Part shown: positions 58,791-64,000 of the stretch, piece after piece
Position numbering within the stretch: the stretch's first letter is position 1
Layout: each line of letters opens with the position of its first letter
IMG/VR virus record: IMGVR_UViG_3300025280_000031
Location: 2,003-66,002 of that record
DNA from: a virus
Lineage: Duplodnaviria > Caudoviricetes
Strand: one strand, 5' to 3'
DNA length: 64,000 bases
Translations under genes and position numbers: made by a program
The notes under the pieces: model-generated
The model's database searches: none
What the model was told of the DNA's origin: nothing
What the model saw: only the letters and a program-made list of their open reading frames with translations

Positions 58791-61700
58791 TTAATAGTTA
58801 ACATAAGCAAAATTACCTTTCTTCTCAATCTCAATTGTCATGTCTACACAATCTTTCAGTGTATCCAAATGAGAAATGAGAAGAACAGTTTTGAAGTATG
58901 ATTTGACCATATCTAAAATTCGTATGAAGCCTTCCATATTTTCTTCATCTAAAGCCGTTGCCGGCTCATCTAATATAAATAGATCTGGCTTTGGCAAACT
59001 TGATACATTTAATAGCGCCAAACGAATTGCCATCGCTGCAATTGTTTTTTCTGAACCAGATCCTAATTCAATTGGTCTCGCGTCAAATTTGGGATGCCTA
59101 ATAAATATTTCAAGCTTTTTGTCTTCCGCTTCGAAGAAAACTTCAAAATCAACAATATTTACCAATACTTTTGCGACCTCTGCATTAATGATTGGTAATC
59201 GTTTTTTAATTATATCATAAGCAATGCCATTGGAATGTACGCACCTCATAAACAAATCATAAGCAGCATATTCTTCGCGGAGATCGTAAAGTTCTTGTTT
59301 GTTGTTCTCAAGATTTGTTAGCATCTGTTCAATTGAGCCGTGCTCTTTAGAAAGCTCAATGAGACGATTTTGGCATTCTGACAAGTTGTCTTTTTCTTTT
59401 GTTATAGCTCTCAAGAAGTTGTCCTTTCCAAAATTTAATGCTTCCAAATTTTCAATTGCTAACTTGTTGTTGTTGTATTCTGTTGCTGTTTCATTTAAGT
59501 TTTCAATCTCTTTTCTGAATCCAACAATTTTTGTTTTATTTTTTTGTATCTCCAGTTCGTAAGAAGAATTTTCAGAACTTAATTGACTTTGCTTTTCAAC
59601 AAGCTTATCATGTTTTTCAATATGTTCTTCAATCTTTTCTGGATTTAATTCTTGAATTTCATTGGAAGTTTCTGCTTCTGTATTTTTCAACTCAGCAATT
59701 TCTTGTTTTACTTCATCAAGTTGTTTCAAAGCGCCATAAGCATCTTTGATGAATTTGCAATGAGAAAATTCCTCTCCACAAGGAACCTCTTCCAAAAGTG
59801 ATGCTTTGCCTTCTTTAACTTTTAGTTTGGTTTCATGCAGCTTGATGTCGTTGCAAATTAGATTTAATTGATTTTGCTTTTCAATAACAATAGATTTATT
59901 GTTTTTGGTCTCTTCGATATCAAAATCATCATCTAAAAAGTTTACAATCTTATCTAAAAGCTCGTTGTTGTTTTCGATATTTTCGAAAAACTTTTTATTC
60001 CTTCCAGTTAATAAATCTTTTTCTTTCTTGTTTTCTTCTAGAGATTTTTCTATTTTATCTATATCAATCATTTCGACTGGAATAATATTTATTCTTTCGT
60101 TGATGTCATCTATTTGCAATTGATAGGAATCAATCTTTTCTGCTAATTCCTCGCAAGCATTTTCTTGACTTTTATTTTCATTTTCAATTGCGACAAGTTT
60201 TTCATTGACTTCTTTAATTTGTTCATCGAATTCTGTACCTTCTAATCTTTTAAGCATTCCTCTCAGATCAGAGACATCATCTTTTGCTAATTTAAACTTG
60301 CGCTCGAACATTTCTAAATCAAGGAACTTGGCAAGAATTTCTTTTCTTCTCGTTGATCCTTCGCTGATAAACATAAGAGATCCTAATTGCGAGGCCATCG
60401 ATGTAAAAAGAAAATCATCTATCGTCCCAAACATCTTTCTTATGTTCCTGTCGGTGTCATTTCTTGACAAGCCATTTAAACTAATATTTTCTCCAACAAC
60501 TTCATCTCGCATAGAGAAGTCTATATCTGTTTTTGCTTCAACTGTTGCGCTGCCATGAAGTTTCTTTTCATATTTTTCTGAGGTTCTTTCGATTTCGTAA
60601 ATATTGTGGTCAATAACAATTTCAACTTTGCCGCGGCAATTGTCTTTTGTTTGATTAATCAAATGAAGATTCTTACGATTGTTTTTGGAAGTCGAATTAT
60701 AAATTGTATATAACAAGCTATCGATAATACTTGATTTGCCTGAAAAGTTCTTTCCAAATATACCAACGACTCCATTCAAATTTTCAAAATTGATTTTATT
60801 CTTTTCGCCGTAATTGAATAGATTGTCCCATTCAATGCTTTTGAGTTTCCAATTAATATTTCTTGCTACTTCTTCGTCTTCTTCAACAACGGAACTATAT
60901 TTTGTATTGAGGTCCAAAACTTTTTCCATCACTTCGTCACTGGGATCATAATCTTTAAGATAATCTTTTATAAGTCTTTTTTGGACTGCCATATCTCGCA
61001 AGTTTTCCTGAAAGATGTTCTTAATAGAATCAGCCATATCTGCTCCATCACTGGCGGCTCTATTTAAAAACGTCACACTTTCTGGTTTAAATTTGGTCTT
61101 TGCCACATCAACTGCTTTTTTTAATACATCTAGTGAAAGATTATTATTAGAAACCAAACGAAGGCGTGCACCATCTGGAACCTTTGTTTGGTTTGGTATT
61201 CTTCCTTTCGGCGAAAGTTGAATTGTAATAAAAGGCTTTGGATTTATAAAAGAAACATGCTTGCAAGTGAACTTATCTTTATCTTGAATATCCCATATCA
61301 ACAAGCCTTTATCATTTGTCTCTCCTTGATTCTGTTGAATTGTGCTGCCGGGATAACGAACTCTTCCTTTAAGATCTAATATCTGATTTGTCTTGTGAAT
61401 GTCTCCGAGAAAAGCAAAATCAAATTTATCAAAGATTGACATATCATGATCTCCATATTCCATTGTCCAGCCAAGATCAGTTTTGACACCAGAGATAGAT
61501 CCGTGATAAAGCGCAATATTAATTTTGTTTGTATCGGTTGGTTTAACCCACTTGTCTTCGTCAAAAATTGAAAGCACATTCAAGGTAAACTTGTCATCCA
61601 CTAGCACCTCACCAGATGCCTTCAGGAGGCACAGAGATGGGTGTTCTAGGGCCTCAACGATAGGAGTGATGGCATCTTGCCTACTCGAGTTTCGGAGGTT

Positions 61701-61946
61701 TCCATCGTGGTTTCCGGGGATTATATAGGTAGGTGCAATATCCGCTAAATTCTTGAGGAAGTTTGATGCCATCTCAAAGTATTCAGGACTCAATTGAGTT
61801 TTTGTATGTGCAAGATCTCCGCAGTGAATAATGCAATCAACTTTCTCTTCTCGCAATTTCTCGTAGATCTGGTCGAAAATTACGCGATATTCATAGTGGT
61901 ATTTTAAGTTGCGGATGTGCGTATCCGCAAGATGGGCGAACTTCAT
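58791..61946 (-). CDS. fused Mre11/SbcD nuclease - Rad50/SbcC ATPase (gp47-gp46-like)
   Basis: LADTH, GDL, GNHD, GDIH; Walker A GKNFSGKS, coiled coil, SGSEK, FILDEP, ISH. Confidence 0.92.
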   Translation of the reverse strand: MKFAHLADTHIRNLKYHYEYRVIFDQIYEKLREEKVDCIIHCGDLAHTKTQLSPEYFEMASNFLKNLADIAPTYIIPGNHDGNLRNSSRQDAITPIVEALEHPSLCLLKASGEVLVDDKFTLNVLSIFDEDKWVKPTDTNKINIALYHGSISGVKTDLGWTMEYGDHDMSIFDKFDFAFLGDIHKTNQILDLKGRVRYPGSTIQQNQGETNDKGLLIWDIQDKDKFTCKHVSFINPKPFITIQLSPKGRIPNQTKVPDGARLRLVSNNNLSLDVLKKAVDVAKTKFKPESVTFLNRAASDGADMADSIKNIFQENLRDMAVQKRLIKDYLKDYDPSDEVMEKVLDLNTKYSSVVEEDEEVARNINWKLKSIEWDNLFNYGEKNKINFENLNGVVGIFGKNFSGKSSIIDSLLYTIYNSTSKNNRKNLHLINQTKDNCRGKVEIVIDHNIYEIERTSEKYEKKLHGSATVEAKTDIDFSMRDEVVGENISLNGLSRNDTDRNIRKMFGTIDDFLFTSMASQLGSLMFISEGSTRRKEILAKFLDLEMFERKFKLAKDDVSDLRGMLKRLEGTEFDEQIKEVNEKLVAIENENKSQENACEELAEKIDSYQLQIDDINERINIIPVEMIDIDKIEKSLEENKKEKDLLTGRNKKFFENIENNNELLDKIVNFLDDDFDIEETKNNKSIVIEKQNQLNLICNDIKLHETKLKVKEGKASLLEEVPCGEEFSHCKFIKDAYGALKQLDEVKQEIAELKNTEAETSNEIQELNPEKIEEHIEKHDKLVEKQSQLSSENSSYELEIQKNKTKIVGFRKEIENLNETATEYNNNKLAIENLEALNFGKDNFLRAITKEKDNLSECQNRLIELSKEHGSIEQMLTNLENNKQELYDLREEYAAYDLFMRCVHSNGIAYDIIKKRLPIINAEVAKVLVNIVDFEVFFEAEDKKLEIFIRHPKFDARPIELGSGSEKTIAAMAIRLALLNVSSLPKPDLFILDEPATALDEENMEGFIRILDMVKSYFKTVLLISHLDTLKDCVDMTIEIEKKGNFAYVNY

Positions 61947-61972
61947 CGGTCTCCTATTTTGCCTCTCTTGTT

Positions 61973-62001
61973 ACTATAGCACAAAGTATTTTACTTGTCA
62001 A
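61973..62001 (-). promoter_or_regulatory. sigma70-type promoter TTGACA-17-TATAGT with extended -10
   Basis: upstream of the SbcCD fusion. Confidence 0.75.
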
Positions 62002-62282
62002 GGATTATTTTCTTCTGGCTTTTCATCATAAAATTTGAGAACACGAGGGTCCCCTCTTTCAAGACGCCAAGTTTGAACAATGTTTGTAAAAACTTCTATC
62101 ATGTTTTTTTCAGTCTGTTCTTCTTTACCAATATCTTTTGCGCCTACATACAAATTCTTTATTGGCTGAAACGCTTCAAGAACTTGAGAACCGTATTCGA
62201 GAAGAATAAGAACATCTTTGTCAACATCATTTGCTAGCTCTTCTTTAATGATTTGTTTAAGTTGAGATTTGGTTAGTTTCAT
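61998..62282 (-). CDS. leader-family protein (MKLTKSQLKQIIKEEL)
   Basis: shared N-terminal motif. Confidence 0.75.
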   Translation of the reverse strand: MKLTKSQLKQIIKEELANDVDKDVLILLEYGSQVLEAFQPIKNLYVGAKDIGKEEQTEKNMIEVFTNIVQTWRLERGDPRVLKFYDEKPEENNP

Positions 62283-62605
62283 TTCTCTTCTTCAGCTTTA
62301 TCAGATTTTTTCTCTTTCGTTACCGGGTTGGCTTCTTTTTCTAGACGATCTTTGTAGTTGTCCACTGACCACTCATTCGTAAATACTCTTGCTTCCTCTT
62401 TTGTGCCCCATTCCGGGGTCTTGACTGACCCTCCCGGTTTTACATACTGGTGGCTGCCGAGGTCTTTAAGAACCCACTTTCCTTTTTTCTTATATTTTTT
62501 CGCGGTGGCTTTGTTTTGTTTATATTGTGTAAGGTCCGCCGCCTCCACCACAGCAGAAATCTCTTCTTTGATAATTTGTTTAAGTTGTTGTTTTGTAATT
62601 TTCAT
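62279..62605 (-). CDS. leader-family basic protein (MKITKQQLKQIIKEEI)
   Basis: shared N-terminal motif; start reassigned. Confidence 0.75.
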   Translation of the reverse strand: MKITKQQLKQIIKEEISAVVEAADLTQYKQNKATAKKYKKKGKWVLKDLGSHQYVKPGGSVKTPEWGTKEEARVFTNEWSVDNYKDRLEKEANPVTKEKKSDKAEEEK

Positions 62606-62619
62606 TTTAATTGCCTTAA

Positions 62620-62991
62620 CTATCGTACATCTGATACCATAAAACGAGTAACTGATGTCTTTGATTCTGGAGTGTCTTCTGATTCTTCTCCGTCCGCAAT
62701 ACATTCTTCATGAGTTTGCCCCGCGTGAGCTTCTTCACATGGTTGTCCGGGATGAGCGCAAGGATCATATTTTCCAACTAAATTTTCAACATCTTCATAA
62801 TAGCCTTTATATCGGGCTTCATCGGAAGGATATTCTTTCTGTTCCCATTCATTTAGAAGCCCTTGCAATTCCATTAAAAGATTTGGGAGATCTAGTGATT
62901 CGGTTTCTTCTATTTCGACCTCTTCAGGTTTTTGCATATCCTCAAGTTCTTCTTGGATGATTTGTTTAAGTTGGGATATTGTAATTTTCAT
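62620..62991 (-). CDS. leader-family acidic protein (MKITISQLKQIIQEEL)
   Basis: shared motif; C-H-C-H-H-C cluster. Confidence 0.75.
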   Translation of the reverse strand: MKITISQLKQIIQEELEDMQKPEEVEIEETESLDLPNLLMELQGLLNEWEQKEYPSDEARYKGYYEDVENLVGKYDPCAHPGQPCEEAHAGQTHEECIADGEESEDTPESKTSVTRFMVSDVR

Positions 62992-62992
62992 A

Positions 62993-63235
62993 TTAATACT
63001 GCTCCAATTCGATAGCCCACCATTTGCCGTCCATCTCTTGAACTTTCCATGGATGCAATCCGACGCGCTTCTTTTTGTCCTCTGTAGTTTTCATATCGGC
63101 AACTTTTTTCGCCTTAGCTTCTGTATCAAAGGGACCTTCATGTTTGAGACCAAATTTAGATTCTGGTTGACCTTCCATAAGTTTTCCAATCTCTTCTTTA
63201 ATAATTTGTTTTAATTGGGATTTAGTTAGTTTCAT
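62993..63235 (-). CDS. leader-family protein (MKLTKSQLKQIIKEEI)
   Basis: shared N-terminal motif. Confidence 0.75.
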   Translation of the reverse strand: MKLTKSQLKQIIKEEIGKLMEGQPESKFGLKHEGPFDTEAKAKKVADMKTTEDKKKRVGLHPWKVQEMDGKWWAIELEQY

Positions 63236-63594
63236 TGCGGTTGTTCTTCCTCAACTTCGACTTCAACTTCTTCTTTCTCTAATTCTTTAAAGAAATGAAT
63301 GAGGGGACTAAGCAACATTTTATAAGTTATGTCCATAGGCAATTCTATAGAACGAGGCTTCATACTTAAATAATGTAATCTAAGTTCTTCTACAATTGGA
63401 TTGTTCCATTTTTCACTACGGTGGAGAATAGATCTGAGGCTATGAAGATGTCTAATGATTCTGTGTATATCAGATTGAGGCTTTTTCTTGAGGACGTCTA
63501 AGACTCCTTCAGATAAGTCATCTTCTTCATTAGTGGTGGCAACTTCTTCTTGAATAATTTTTTTGAGTCTTTCAATCGAGATCTTCATTTTCAA
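63232..63594 (-). CDS. divergent leader-family protein (MKISIERLKKIIQEEV)
   Basis: variant of the shared motif. Confidence 0.68.
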   Translation of the reverse strand: MKMKISIERLKKIIQEEVATTNEEDDLSEGVLDVLKKKPQSDIHRIIRHLHSLRSILHRSEKWNNPIVEELRLHYLSMKPRSIELPMDITYKMLLSPLIHFFKELEKEEVEVEVEEEQPQ

Positions 63595-63766
63595 TTTCTC
63601 TTATTTGTTTTTGGATGTAAGAAGCGGCTTTAAAGAAAATACTTTTTGCTAAATTGTAATCGCCATTTGTGCTTTTCAACGTTGAATTAACAATCTCTTT
63701 TGCGAAATGTTCAACAATGGCTTTTTTGTCACCTTCGCTTAAATTATTTGTTGTGTTCAATTTCAT
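63572..63766 (-). CDS. hypothetical protein
   Basis: 64-aa ORF in the operon. Confidence 0.55.
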   Translation of the reverse strand: MKLNTTNNLSEGDKKAIVEHFAKEIVNSTLKSTNGDYNLAKSIFFKAASYIQKQIREIENEDLD

Positions 63767-64000
63767 TCTTTTGGGGAGCTATTTCTTCTTTGCGTTGCGT
63801 TTCCTTCGTCTTGGCCCCCAGTGACCACCCCCAGCGACGGGGGCGGCGTCGGCGGCGGGAATTGAGCGGCGACCACGCCATGGGGTGGTGCGCTTCTTGG
63901 ACTTTTCAGGTTCGGGAGGGGATTCGAATGGAACGACCGACACCGATGGGGGGGCTAGCGGCGGCCTCTGACGCGCTGCGCGCGTGGGGGCAGACGGCGG
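63763..64000 (-). CDS. 3' end of a GC-rich, low-complexity CDS (frame ambiguous)
   Basis: two minus-strand frames are open, ending at 63779 (Arg-rich) or 63763 (ATGA overlap). Confidence 0.4.

Noticed and set aside
228-63214. Numerous plus-strand ORFs in the track
   Set aside because: All are antisense shadows of well-supported minus-strand genes, with no motifs or SD support that I could see
1-64000. Alternative genetic code (stop-codon reassignment)
   Set aside because: Core genes are full length and densely packed under the standard bacterial code; no suppressor tRNA seen

Overview
A 64-kb, AT-rich, densely coding segment of a large T4-like (myovirus) bacteriophage genome. Essentially all real genes are on the minus strand. 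In transcription order (high to low coordinates) it holds: a cluster of small proteins sharing an N-terminal leader; an Mre11-Rad50 (SbcCD) fusion; a lysis cassette; repeat-rich tail fibres; terminase, portal, prohead protease, ribosomal protein bS21, scaffold and major capsid; neck, sheath, tube, tail chaperone, tape measure and baseplate genes; and then a replication/nucleotide block (minimal Pol A, tubulin-like protein, SSB, FKBP, RecA, deaminase, 5'-3' exonuclease, tRNA-Ile(UAU), DnaB-like helicase, class II RNR, GroES, DnaE, HNH, dUTPase, Dam-type methylase, IMPDH). The most striking signals are four. (1) 8-10 otherwise unrelated proteins start with the same MK(I/L)TKSQLKQIIKEE peptide, a candidate capsid-targeting, protease-cleaved tag. 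(2) A probable +1 programmed frameshift at a U7 run in the tail-assembly chaperone. (3) A two-class promoter system: canonical TTGACA-17-TATAAT for replication genes and an ACTA(T/A)TTA motif for virion genes. (4) Tubulin-like, second polymerase, bS21 and tRNA-Ile(UAU) genes. All calls come from motif recognition by eye; no database searches were run.
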